A stretch of DNA of 61,861 nt, taken from the IMG/VR virus record IMGVR_UViG_3300020405_000676, positions 1-61,861 of that record; one strand, written 5' to 3'. Positions 1-9,209 of the stretch are shown here, one piece after another; positions within the stretch are counted from its first letter, which is position 1, and each line of letters begins with the position of its first letter. The notes beneath the pieces are model-generated. The model was not told the DNA's origin, searched no databases, and worked only from the letters and a program-made list of their open reading frames with translations. Source of the stretch: a virus (lineage: Duplodnaviria; Caudoviricetes). The position numbers were made by a program, and so were the translations under genes.

Positions 1-328
1 CAAGAACTCCCTTAGCATTCTTTTTAACATCGTCATCAGCAACTTCTTTTGAACGACCATCATCTACTGTAGGTTCGTATTGTGCAACTTCACCTGGTGA
101 CCTTTCTGAATCTATAGCACGTTCGGCACTACTTGTAGAATTTTTGTTATAGTCAGGTGAATCGTATGCAACTTCTTGTCCTGCAACACCTGGTGATGCT
201 GTTGCTAAACTTCCGATTGCTCCTATTGTAGCCATTGCTTTACCTAGTTTACCTAATTTCTTTTCTGCTAGAAGTTCAGCAATCAATTGCTGTTCTTCAA
301 TTAAGTCTATAAGTTCTCTCATTTCCAT
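1..328 (-). CDS. Hypothetical late protein, runs off the left edge (MEMRELIDLIEEQQLIAELLAEKK...)
   Basis: Read manually: ATG at 328, open frame to position 1, GATAAATA box at 358-365; not in the ORF track. Confidence 0.75.
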   Translation of the reverse strand, partial: MEMRELIDLIEEQQLIAELLAEKKLGKLGKAMATIGAIGSLATASPGVAGQEVAYDSPDYNKNSTSSAERAIDSERSPGEVAQYEPTVDDGRSKEVADDDVKKNAKGVL

Positions 329-378
329 AATATTGTTTCCATAAAATGTTTACTATGTATTTATCTATTTACTCAAAA

Positions 379-404
379 GAAAAGGGTCGTTGCCGACCCT
401 TTTC
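379..404 (-). terminator. Intrinsic terminator
   Basis: GAAAAGGGTCG-TTGC-CGACCCTTTTC inverted repeat with U-rich tail on the minus strand, downstream of the 55-aa ORF. Confidence 0.85.
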
Positions 405-419
405 GTGTTTGGTGATCCA

Positions 420-587
420 TTATGCAGAATAAGATACACCGCGGTATGTGCCGCTTACTGGTGACTTAGACTTTTCTGCAACTATAGGATCGTGCTTGAT
501 GCCTCTGTAAATACCAGGCTGAGGTTGTACTTTCTCGGCTTTGATATTTTTAGGATCGTATGCGATACCTCTATATACTTTAGTCAT
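420..587 (-). CDS. 55-aa YRG-repeat peptide (DUF4278-like)
   Basis: MTKVYRGIAYDP...IYRGIKHDP...TYRGVSYSA; three YRG motifs; SD GAGGAGG; directly downstream of the glutamine riboswitch, the usual context of DUF4278. Confidence 0.85.
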   Translation of the reverse strand: MTKVYRGIAYDPKNIKAEKVQPQPGIYRGIKHDPIVAEKSKSPVSGTYRGVSYSA

Positions 588-613
588 ATCATCCTCCTCA
601 ATTAATTAAGTTA

Positions 614-746
614 GATGCGTTCCTTCGGTAACTGTCGGTCTCGTTCCCCAGGATGGGTACTTGCTTGCCTTTGTTTTTGTGAAAAACAAAGAGGTTTTCA
701 GGTTACTTACTTCCGTTCACTGCTACATTTAGAGTGAATGAACGAT
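614..746 (-). ncRNA. Glutamine riboswitch (glnA motif) with expanded P3
   Basis: Minus strand AUCGUUCAUUCAC...GUGAACGGAAGUA-AGUAAC...GUUACCGAAGGAACGCAUC matches the glnA aptamer pattern (CGUUCA...CGGAAGUA...CGAAGGAACG). Confidence 0.8.
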
Positions 747-814
747 TGTAAATAGACTTTTAAACCATGTCTTATGGTGTGCAACTTACATAATATGTGC
801 AAATTGTACACATT

Positions 815-822
815 TATTTATC
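815..822 (-). promoter_or_regulatory. Late-promoter-like box GATAAATA upstream of the riboswitch
   Basis: Same octamer recurs before many late genes in the window. Confidence 0.55.
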
Positions 823-1920
823 TTAAAGACTAAATCCTTTAAAGGAATCCTTGTCTACGTCTTGTTTTGTGCCGCCAATAACGTAACTGCTGATTTCTGT
901 TTCTTGAGGTGCTACTTGTACTTCTCCTCCGCTTATCCACTTTTGTGTCCAAGGTAAAGGATTTGTACCAGTATTAAATGGTGAATCTAATTTTACGGCA
1001 TGCATACGTTTGCCTGCAATAAATTCAATGTATTGTTTGAGCAGTTCTGCATTTAGTCCTATAATACTTCCGTCTTTGAACAAATAGTCTGCCCATTGTT
1101 TTTCTTGTTCAACTGCATCTAAGAACATTTGAGTACATTCCTCTTTTAGTTCTTTGGCAATTTTTTCATAATCTTTGTCATCTTGTGGTAAGATTTTTAG
1201 CATTTGTTGTGTACTTGCTAAATGTACATTTTCATCTCTAGCAATGAATTTAATAATTTTAGCATTGCCTTCCATTTTCTTTAATTCTGCAAATGCCCAA
1301 CTACATGCAAAACTTACATAAAAACGTACTCCTTCTAAAATGTTTACACTCATTATGCATTTATACAATGCTTTTTTATGCTCGTATTCATCATAACTTT
1401 GTAAGCCACGTTCTCTTGCTTGATTTTGTTCTATAAGTTTATCATAGTTTTCTGTGATAGCATCTGAACAATCAGTAATTTCTTTGATGTTTAACATTTC
1501 ATCAAACACTTTGCTAGGATCTGGATACACATTTCTAATAATATGTGTATAACTTCTGCTGTGAATTGTTTCTGAGAATGCCCAAGTTTCAATCCATGTT
1601 TCTAATTCAGGAACACTTACCACAGGTAATAATGCTAGATTAGGTGAACGTCCTTGTACACTATCTAATAGTATTTGTCTTTTTAAATTTGATGTAAAGA
1701 TATGCTTTTCAAAGTCTGTAAGGTCTTTGAAGTCTTTTGCATCTTTTAGAATATCAACTTCTTCAGGTCTCCAAAAGAAACCAAGTTGCTTTTCAGTTAA
1801 TTTTTCAAACTGCTTGTATTTAACCACATCAAATCTCTGGACATTAACTCCGCCGTTAGGGTCCAAAAACATTTTTGCTTTAGTATGATGTTTTTTATTT
1901 TTTGCATTAAATACTGTCAT
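823..1920 (-). CDS. nrdB: Ribonucleotide reductase class Ia beta subunit
   Basis: FFWRPEE, ETIHSRSYTH, EGVRFYVSFA, RDENVH and VAPQETE motifs. Confidence 0.98.
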   Translation of the reverse strand: MTVFNAKNKKHHTKAKMFLDPNGGVNVQRFDVVKYKQFEKLTEKQLGFFWRPEEVDILKDAKDFKDLTDFEKHIFTSNLKRQILLDSVQGRSPNLALLPVVSVPELETWIETWAFSETIHSRSYTHIIRNVYPDPSKVFDEMLNIKEITDCSDAITENYDKLIEQNQARERGLQSYDEYEHKKALYKCIMSVNILEGVRFYVSFACSWAFAELKKMEGNAKIIKFIARDENVHLASTQQMLKILPQDDKDYEKIAKELKEECTQMFLDAVEQEKQWADYLFKDGSIIGLNAELLKQYIEFIAGKRMHAVKLDSPFNTGTNPLPWTQKWISGGEVQVAPQETEISSYVIGGTKQDVDKDSFKGFSL

Positions 1921-4229
1921 TATATTTTACAACTGTCGCAATCGTCCTCGTCTTCAAAAGTATCCACTGTAGAAACCATATTTACTTCTAATACTTTTCT
2001 ACCTTCTTCTTTCTCGATATCTATTTCACCTTGTCCATCATGTGTGTTATTGTAATACAACTGCTTACCACCATATTTATAAAACATGATGAGATGTTGC
2101 AACAACAAACTCATAGGAACTTTTTCATCGTCAAAGTGTTCTGGATTATAAGATGTATTTACCGAAATACCCTGGTCTATGTACTTTTGTAGGACCGACA
2201 TAATCTTAAGATATCCTTCTGGGGACTTTTGGTCCCATAGTAAATCGTACTTGTTTTTTAATCTTGGATAACCCGGTACTACTTGTTTTAATACGCCATG
2301 TTTACTTTGCTTAACACTTACATAACTTCTAGGAGGTTCTATGCCGTTTGTACTGTTACTAATTTGTGCTGACGTTTCTGCTGGCATAAGTGCCATCAAT
2401 GTACTGTTTCTAATACCTGTTTCTTTTAATTGTTTTCTTAATCCTTCCCAATCAGCACGTTCTTGATGTTTTACTAACTCGTCTACATCTTTCTTGTATG
2501 TTTGATTAGGTGTAATACCTAAACTGTATTTTGTTTCGTTGCTCTTAGGACAAGCACCTTTCTCTACTGCCAAGTCTGCACTTGCTTTAATTAAGTAGTA
2601 ACTCCATGCTTCTGTCCATGTATCAACCATTTCTAAATTTGGTTCTTGATATGTACTATCATTTTTAGCCATCCAATATGCAAAATTAATAATACCAATT
2701 CCTAGTGGACGTCTGTTCATTGTGCTTTTATATGCCGCTGTAATTGGATACTCTTGATAGTCAAGTAATTCGTCTAATGCTCTAACAGCCAAATCACAAA
2801 CTTTTTCCATTTGTTCTAAACTTTTTATGGCACCCCAATTAATTGCACTTAAAGTACAAAGGCTTATTTCCCCTTCTGGATCTTCTATATTGTTTAAAGG
2901 TTTTGTTGGCAAATCAATTTCACAACACAAATTGCTTTGTTTAATTGGAGCAACATCTTCAATAAATGAGCCGTGTGTATTAGCATGGTCAACGTTCATT
3001 AAATATATTCTACCAGTATCTTTTCTTTCTTGTACAAAATTACTAAACAATTCTACTGCTGGTATAGACTTTTTCCTAATGCTAGTTTTTCTTTCTGCCG
3101 CTTCATATAGTTCTTTAAATTTGTCTTGGTCAGTAAAGAAAGCATCATAAACTTCTGGTACATCATTAGGAGAGAACAATGTAATATTACCGCCCTCAAT
3201 CAATCTTTCATACATAAGTTTATTAAACTGTACACCATAATCCATATGACGTACTCTATTATCTTCTGTGCCTTTGTTGTTCTTTAACACTAGCATATCT
3301 TCGATTTCTAAATGCCAAATAGGATAGTATAATGTAGCCGCTCCGCCTCTTACACCACCTTGACTGCAAGACTTAACTGCAGATTGGAATAATTTATAGA
3401 AAGGGATAACGCCTGTATGTGTTGCATCTCCACTCCTAATTTTGGAACCAATTGCTCTAATTCTTCCTGCACCAATGCCAATGCCTGCCTTTTGACTAAC
3501 ATACTTTACGATACTGCTACTGGTTGCGTTGATACTGTCTAAACTGTCATCTGTTTCAATTAGTACACAACTACTGAACTGTCTTTGTGGTGTACGCACA
3601 CCAGCCATAACAGGAGTAGGCAAACTAATTAAAAACTTACTAATAGCATCATAATAATCTTTGATGTATTTCATTCTTTTGTCTGCAGGATACTTTGCAA
3701 ACAATGTTGCGGCAATCATCATATATGCAACTTGTGGTGTTTCAAATATTTCACCTGTTGCTCTATTCTGTACTAGATACTTGCCACGGAATTGTTCCAT
3801 AGCCGCATAGGTCAGGTATTCGTCCCTACTGTGGTCTATAAAACTTTGTAATTCATTAATTTCATCTTTAGTGTATAGGTCTGTAAATTCAGGATCATAA
3901 AATCCTGCATCGATATTTTTTTGTACAATGTCACATAAACAAGGTGGTTCAAATACACCATAAACCATTTTACGCAGATGGTAGTTAATTAATCTACCTG
4001 CTACATATTGATAGTTTGGTGTTTCTTCTGATATAAGGTCAGCCGCACTTTTAATAAGTGTTTCTTGAATATCCTCTGTTTTGATTTTTTCGAAAAATTG
4101 AATTTGTGAATTAATTTCTACTTCACTGGCACTTACGCCTGTTATGCCTTCAACGGCATACATTACGACTTTGTGTAACTTGTCTATGTTTAAGTCTTCT
4201 AGTCGTCCGTCTCGTTTCTGTACTTGCAT
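1920..4229 (-). CDS. nrdA: Ribonucleotide reductase class Ia alpha subunit
   Basis: N-terminal ATP cone (VQKRDG), PTP, SSC, QSNLCCEI, MPAETS, C-terminal CxxC. Confidence 0.98.
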   Translation of the reverse strand: MQVQKRDGRLEDLNIDKLHKVVMYAVEGITGVSASEVEINSQIQFFEKIKTEDIQETLIKSAADLISEETPNYQYVAGRLINYHLRKMVYGVFEPPCLCDIVQKNIDAGFYDPEFTDLYTKDEINELQSFIDHSRDEYLTYAAMEQFRGKYLVQNRATGEIFETPQVAYMMIAATLFAKYPADKRMKYIKDYYDAISKFLISLPTPVMAGVRTPQRQFSSCVLIETDDSLDSINATSSSIVKYVSQKAGIGIGAGRIRAIGSKIRSGDATHTGVIPFYKLFQSAVKSCSQGGVRGGAATLYYPIWHLEIEDMLVLKNNKGTEDNRVRHMDYGVQFNKLMYERLIEGGNITLFSPNDVPEVYDAFFTDQDKFKELYEAAERKTSIRKKSIPAVELFSNFVQERKDTGRIYLMNVDHANTHGSFIEDVAPIKQSNLCCEIDLPTKPLNNIEDPEGEISLCTLSAINWGAIKSLEQMEKVCDLAVRALDELLDYQEYPITAAYKSTMNRRPLGIGIINFAYWMAKNDSTYQEPNLEMVDTWTEAWSYYLIKASADLAVEKGACPKSNETKYSLGITPNQTYKKDVDELVKHQERADWEGLRKQLKETGIRNSTLMALMPAETSAQISNSTNGIEPPRSYVSVKQSKHGVLKQVVPGYPRLKNKYDLLWDQKSPEGYLKIMSVLQKYIDQGISVNTSYNPEHFDDEKVPMSLLLQHLIMFYKYGGKQLYYNNTHDGQGEIDIEKEEGRKVLEVNMVSTVDTFEDEDDCDSCKI

Positions 4230-4261
4230 TGTCTATCCTGTATAATGTATGTAGAATTCCT

Positions 4262-4290
4262 ATTATAACATCATACAAAAAGACTGTCAA
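4262..4290 (-). promoter_or_regulatory. Sigma70-type promoter for nrdAB
   Basis: TTGACA-N17-TATAAT, perfect consensus. Confidence 0.85.
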
Positions 4291-4293
4291 TGA

Positions 4294-4716
4294 TTATATT
4301 ATAGGAATCGTGATATCTTTTAAATCCTGAAGAACAATATAATCATTACTCTTCTCAAATAAAACCTTTTCCCCAGGTATAAGATTGTATGCAAAACCAT
4401 CGAAAATAAAAATTGCTCCATCTTTTCCTGTAACATGATTACTTATCACTTTCCACGATGTTCGACATGGTTCTATGAACTTTAAATTCGATAATATGTT
4501 GTACATCAAAATAGAAATACCAGTGGTACAAAAATATCCATTTTCAATAATTTCAAAAGGCTTCATCCAACTCTTTGGAGAATAATAATCTAGATAACGA
4601 CTGTGAATTTTTACAGTAGAAAATGCTTCCAGAACATCTTTTTCTGTGTTTGCATTCTTACGAATTGACCTGAACTGTACTAGGCGTCTATCGACGTCTG
4701 TGTGTTTTTCGAACAT
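4294..4716 (-). CDS. Hypothetical protein
   Basis: 140-aa ORF tightly packed after the upstream gene. Confidence 0.7.
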   Translation of the reverse strand: MFEKHTDVDRRLVQFRSIRKNANTEKDVLEAFSTVKIHSRYLDYYSPKSWMKPFEIIENGYFCTTGISILMYNILSNLKFIEPCRTSWKVISNHVTGKDGAIFIFDGFAYNLIPGEKVLFEKSNDYIVLQDLKDITIPII

Positions 4717-4725
4717 TGTTTATTA

Positions 4726-7401
4726 CTATTGTGATTTCCACTTACGCACAATGTATTTCATTACTACATTGCTTGTTGGAGGAGTAACATTGTTGTCTGC
4801 TGTAATACTCACAGTACCATTTGCCATTGAACCGTTAAATTCAACCGCACCCGAATAGTAAACATTTCCATTTGCATGATAATCATGAGACGAAGAACTA
4901 ACATCTTGTAACGTTACAGAACCTGAAACATTACCATTAGCATCTGTTTGAGATAATGGATTAGCATTATAAATTAATGTACCTACTTGATTGTAATATC
5001 TTGTAATAGAACTATTACCACTATCTAATGCTTGACCTACTAAAGAGTAATCTATAAAGAATGTATCAATAGCAGTAGAGTCTGTTCCTAAATCAGGTAG
5101 AGCAATACCTGTACCTGATCCAATTGTTAATTGCTTAGGCTGTGAATAGAATGTATCTGCTGTTCCAGATTGTAATGCTTGAGTAGTAAGTACTTCAATA
5201 TTAGTTTTAATTGTAACTAAACCTCTTTTATCAGGACTATTTGTTTTGAAGTATAATTTGTTTATTACTTCTGCAAAGTGCCCTGCTTCGTCACTACTTG
5301 CAAAATCTATTTCACCGTTTGTAGTATCTACATCTATTTTCCATGTACCTAAACTTTGTACGTCTGCATTATCACTGAACTTATCATTTATGAATACGTC
5401 AGAAACAATATTGACTTTATTATCACTTAAAACTTTTGTCAACCAAACTTCTAATTTTGCTTTTACTGTGTTGCCGCTTCTTGTTGCGTATGATCCTGAA
5501 GTTAAACCTAATGCACCTAAACTGTCAACGGTGTCTTGTGGGTCATTGAATAATCTATACTGAGTTTGGTCATCACTAATAACATATATTTCATCATTTG
5601 TATCTGGTTTCAAATTAAATGAGAACCATTGATTTTTGCCGTTTACTAAAGACATTATTCCATTTAATGTTGTTTGACTAGATGTGTTTAGTAAGTATGC
5701 TGGTTTAATTGTAAGACCATCTGCTGTAGTAAGATTTGATACATTTGGATTAAAATTACCTGTTACATTGGCATCTACAGCCGCATTAGATTGTATAAAG
5801 AATGTATTGTTTGTAATATTACTAGTATCTGCTAAACTGAAATTTGCATTATTTATTAATGTAGTATTGGAACTACCTGTTACAATAATGCCTGTAGTTG
5901 TATTTGAAACGTATCCATGTTCTGCACTAAATACCTGTATAATATTTGCAGTACCTGTTTGTCCTACGTTTACAAAATCTAGCCCACTTGTTATACCACC
6001 TGTAAGTGCGGCTTCTGTAATTGTAAATGTTCCAGAGCCACTATTAACACTTGCTACAGTATATGGACTTCCAGAAACTAAAGTAGTGTTACCTATAAAT
6101 GTAACGTTGTCTCCATTTCTTAAACCTTCCACGTTTGCTGTAAGTGTAACAGTATTACTAGAATCAACTGCCGCTGTTACACTTCTACCTGTTGACCAAC
6201 TATTAGAAGGTAACGTTACTGTAAAAGTATTTGCTACACTATTTGCTGATATAGGTAAAAGTTTTTTATGGTAGTAACTGTTAGTGGATGCTGTAACTGT
6301 TCCATCTGTTGAACCACCTTCTGTCCAAACATAGCCATTATATCCGCCATCTGCATTTGCTAATTCTGTAAATGCAATATTTTCAGAACCTGTATCAAAT
6401 GTTATTGTTGAATTGGCAAAATCTACTGAACTTGTAACATTACCAATACCACTATAAATTGTGTTATTAGCATTTGCAGAATCTACAGTTGTAAGTGAAG
6501 GATCTTTTGGATCTTTAGCAAAAATAATATTACCTGTTGTGATGTTGCTTACATTTGCAATACCTGAACCTTCTGTAACAACGTCTATGTGTTTTTTCTC
6601 TAATCCAATAAATCCTGTTCCTACTTCTGGATTGACTAAAACTAAATCACTATCAATATATCTATATGAAGGAATATTCATATTAGCATGGAACCCTGTT
6701 AAAGTAGAACCACTTGCTATAGTTGTGTTTGATAAAATGTGATTTACATGTGAATTGCCATAGTATGTAATTGCAACATCATCTGAATTAGTTGGTGCAT
6801 ATCTTAAATATAATGAATGGTCACTAGTACTTAAATTACCACTTACAAAATTATAATCGAATGCTGTATTTACAGTTGCACCTGTTCCACTAGAATCACC
6901 GTGTTGTGGTTTGTTATTTACTAGAACTGTAATATCGTCTGCATTAAAAACTCTTGTTGTTTGGTTTTGAGTAATGAAGTTATTGCCTGAAACTGTGTCA
7001 TCAAATACTGTTCTTGCTACAGAAGTACCATTTGATAATGTTAAGTTTGCTGAAGATACTAAAGTTGTATTTGCTTTCCAAGATTTTGCTTTTGTTACGC
7101 CATCAAAAGATCCTGAACCTTTTGGGTATCTAATATGTGGAACAGTAAATTTAATTATTTGTGCATTTGCTAAACTTAATGTAGATGCAGAAGCACCTAA
7201 TGTATTTTCAAATGATACAGTTTTATTGTATGTTGAACTAATTAAATCATCTGTATCAGCACCTATATAAATTTGTTTGCTATCTGTAGCAAAACCTATT
7301 TCTCCAGGTCTAAGAGGTTGAGGTAAATCTTGCTTTAATCCTCTTCTCTGCTGGATTCTGCTGATTATTATTTTTAAATTTGCATCGTCTTGGTGTGACA
7401 T
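4726..7401 (-). CDS. Virion structural / tail-fibre-like protein
   Basis: N-terminal QQRRG...LRPGEIGFATD..IYIG motif typical of tail-fibre attachment (Mtd-N-like) domains; T/N/S/G-rich beta body; late box at 7429-7436. Confidence 0.75.
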   Translation of the reverse strand: MSHQDDANLKIIISRIQQRRGLKQDLPQPLRPGEIGFATDSKQIYIGADTDDLISSTYNKTVSFENTLGASASTLSLANAQIIKFTVPHIRYPKGSGSFDGVTKAKSWKANTTLVSSANLTLSNGTSVARTVFDDTVSGNNFITQNQTTRVFNADDITVLVNNKPQHGDSSGTGATVNTAFDYNFVSGNLSTSDHSLYLRYAPTNSDDVAITYYGNSHVNHILSNTTIASGSTLTGFHANMNIPSYRYIDSDLVLVNPEVGTGFIGLEKKHIDVVTEGSGIANVSNITTGNIIFAKDPKDPSLTTVDSANANNTIYSGIGNVTSSVDFANSTITFDTGSENIAFTELANADGGYNGYVWTEGGSTDGTVTASTNSYYHKKLLPISANSVANTFTVTLPSNSWSTGRSVTAAVDSSNTVTLTANVEGLRNGDNVTFIGNTTLVSGSPYTVASVNSGSGTFTITEAALTGGITSGLDFVNVGQTGTANIIQVFSAEHGYVSNTTTGIIVTGSSNTTLINNANFSLADTSNITNNTFFIQSNAAVDANVTGNFNPNVSNLTTADGLTIKPAYLLNTSSQTTLNGIMSLVNGKNQWFSFNLKPDTNDEIYVISDDQTQYRLFNDPQDTVDSLGALGLTSGSYATRSGNTVKAKLEVWLTKVLSDNKVNIVSDVFINDKFSDNADVQSLGTWKIDVDTTNGEIDFASSDEAGHFAEVINKLYFKTNSPDKRGLVTIKTNIEVLTTQALQSGTADTFYSQPKQLTIGSGTGIALPDLGTDSTAIDTFFIDYSLVGQALDSGNSSITRYYNQVGTLIYNANPLSQTDANGNVSGSVTLQDVSSSSHDYHANGNVYYSGAVEFNGSMANGTVSITADNNVTPPTSNVVMKYIVRKWKSQ

Positions 7402-7453
7402 GTAAACTCCAATTACTTTTAATAATTGTATTTATCACTTTCAGCAAATATAG

Positions 7454-8494
7454 TTAATTCAACTCGCACAAAGATTTTCCAGATCCTGGGTCTTTTGGAG
7501 TAAAATGGTCAACAAATTGTTCTGGCATTGCTTCTATGCCTTTATATGTAGAGTTTATACACAATAAATTGTCAATATTTTTATTTACAAACTCCTCAAA
7601 TTCACTTATCCAGTTAAATTGTTGTTTCCATTCTTCGGAACCATACACATAATCTTTGGTCATATTACAACCTCTTATGGTAACATCTTTAACTGTGAGA
7701 GCAAATAAATTAGGTCCTGGTGTTGGCATAACATTTTGATACAAAGACATTACACCACAATAAGACATTCTGCCTGAATAAGACATATTCTGTAATGCAG
7801 AAAAGAAATAGTCGTTGCCTACGTTTTCATGATATGCATCAAATGGTCCATACTTATTTAAAATTTTTTGTATTCCTGCTATGTTTGTTTTTCTAGGTAC
7901 AACTATACCTGTACCACCTAATTGTTCAACAAGTTTTGCTTTTTCTTCTGTACTTGTAATACCATATACTTTTGCACCCATTAAATTTGCAAATTGCACA
8001 ACTAAATTACCTACACCACCTGTTGCTCCACTAACACAAACAACATCACCTTCTTTTATTTTAAGCACTCTAGTTAGAGAGTAATATGCTGTTTTACTTA
8101 CTAAACTAAACAATGTAAGATAACGTTTTGCAAACTCTACACGGTCGCCGTCTATATCAAGTTTAAAATGTTCTGTATCAGAATTTCCTACTGCATGTGT
8201 TCTCCAACCTAATTTGTGCCACAAGTAAGTGCCAACAGGAAAGTCTTTATTTTTACTTTCCACAACCATGCCAACTGTTTCACCTGGTATGCCTTCTCCA
8301 AGTTCTACCATAGGATAATTAGGAAATGTTTCAACAGGGTTCATTGAAATTCGCATGTAAGGATCTGTTCCACACACAAAATTTTGTATGTAAAATTCTC
8401 CGTCTTCTATTTTAGGTATTGGTTTTGTAACAACTTCAAAATTGTCTGTAGAAATTTCTCCTACTGCATGTTGTTTTAAAACTACTTGTTTCAT
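7454..8494 (-). CDS. NADP-dependent MDR-family oxidoreductase (CurA/prostaglandin reductase-like)
   Basis: DPYMR, GWRTHA, VSGATGGVG, ENVG motifs; start moved to ATG 8494, which overlaps the upstream stop (ATGA). Confidence 0.85.
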   Translation of the reverse strand: MKQVVLKQHAVGEISTDNFEVVTKPIPKIEDGEFYIQNFVCGTDPYMRISMNPVETFPNYPMVELGEGIPGETVGMVVESKNKDFPVGTYLWHKLGWRTHAVGNSDTEHFKLDIDGDRVEFAKRYLTLFSLVSKTAYYSLTRVLKIKEGDVVCVSGATGGVGNLVVQFANLMGAKVYGITSTEEKAKLVEQLGGTGIVVPRKTNIAGIQKILNKYGPFDAYHENVGNDYFFSALQNMSYSGRMSYCGVMSLYQNVMPTPGPNLFALTVKDVTIRGCNMTKDYVYGSEEWKQQFNWISEFEEFVNKNIDNLLCINSTYKGIEAMPEQFVDHFTPKDPGSGKSLCELN

Positions 8495-9162
8495 AGTGAT
8501 GCATAATAATCTGTAAGTCTTGTTTCCCAAAGGTCACAATACATTTCAAACCTTGCACCTTCTATAACAAACTCTTTAAATTTATTATCTCTACTGACCA
8601 TAAGTATAACACCTTTTTTAATATTTGTGTCATACATTTCATTATGTGCCATTGCATAAGCACAACATTGTAAATAATAGTCTTCAATCCATTCTTCTTT
8701 TTTAATTTTTTTAGATGTTTTAAAGTCTATAATTGCTTCTTCGCCTTTATGTATTCCAACACAATCTGTTGTCCCAGCATATAATCCAGGTGCAATTAAT
8801 CCTATTTCTGTTCCCCAAACTTCATCTATATTTGTAAATCCTTCATTTATAACTAAGTCCGACATTTGTTTTGCCATAACACTAACCATATTAGTACCAA
8901 ACTCAACTGTCTCGCCCAGAATATATTTTTCTATTGCATTATGTACTTTTGTTCCTAGTCCTGCACTTTCTTTACTTACTCGATTTGCTTCTTCTTCGCC
9001 TACACGTTTACGCCATGCAATTAAGGCTGTTTTGTCTGAAGTCTTGTCTAATACTGTTGTTACACTAGGCACAGGTACATTGTCATCTCCGACATACTGT
9101 CTTCCTTGCGGAGTGCTTTTGCGTTCTAGTATTTTGTAATCGAATTTAGGTTTTAAAAGCAT
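8491..9162 (-). CDS. PD-(D/E)XK exonuclease (Cas4-like phage exonuclease)
   Basis: PSVTTVL, GTKVH, YAGTTD, IIDFKTS, QCCAYA motifs. Confidence 0.9.
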   Translation of the reverse strand: MLLKPKFDYKILERKSTPQGRQYVGDDNVPVPSVTTVLDKTSDKTALIAWRKRVGEEEANRVSKESAGLGTKVHNAIEKYILGETVEFGTNMVSVMAKQMSDLVINEGFTNIDEVWGTEIGLIAPGLYAGTTDCVGIHKGEEAIIDFKTSKKIKKEEWIEDYYLQCCAYAMAHNEMYDTNIKKGVILMVSRDNKFKEFVIEGARFEMYCDLWETRLTDYYASL

Positions 9163-9180
9163 GTTTTTTCCTTAAGTTGT

Positions 9181-9209
9181 ATTATAGCATTTTCTAGTAT
9201 TTTAGTCAA
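9181..9209 (-). promoter_or_regulatory. Sigma70-type promoter
   Basis: TTGACT-N17-TATAAT upstream of the exonuclease. Confidence 0.8.

Noticed and set aside
775-812. Nitrogen-regulator (NtrC/NtcA) site near the riboswitch (TGTGCAA repeated)
   Set aside because: The repeats are direct rather than the inverted TGCAC-N7-GTGCA arrangement, and I found no convincing NtcA box; insufficient support
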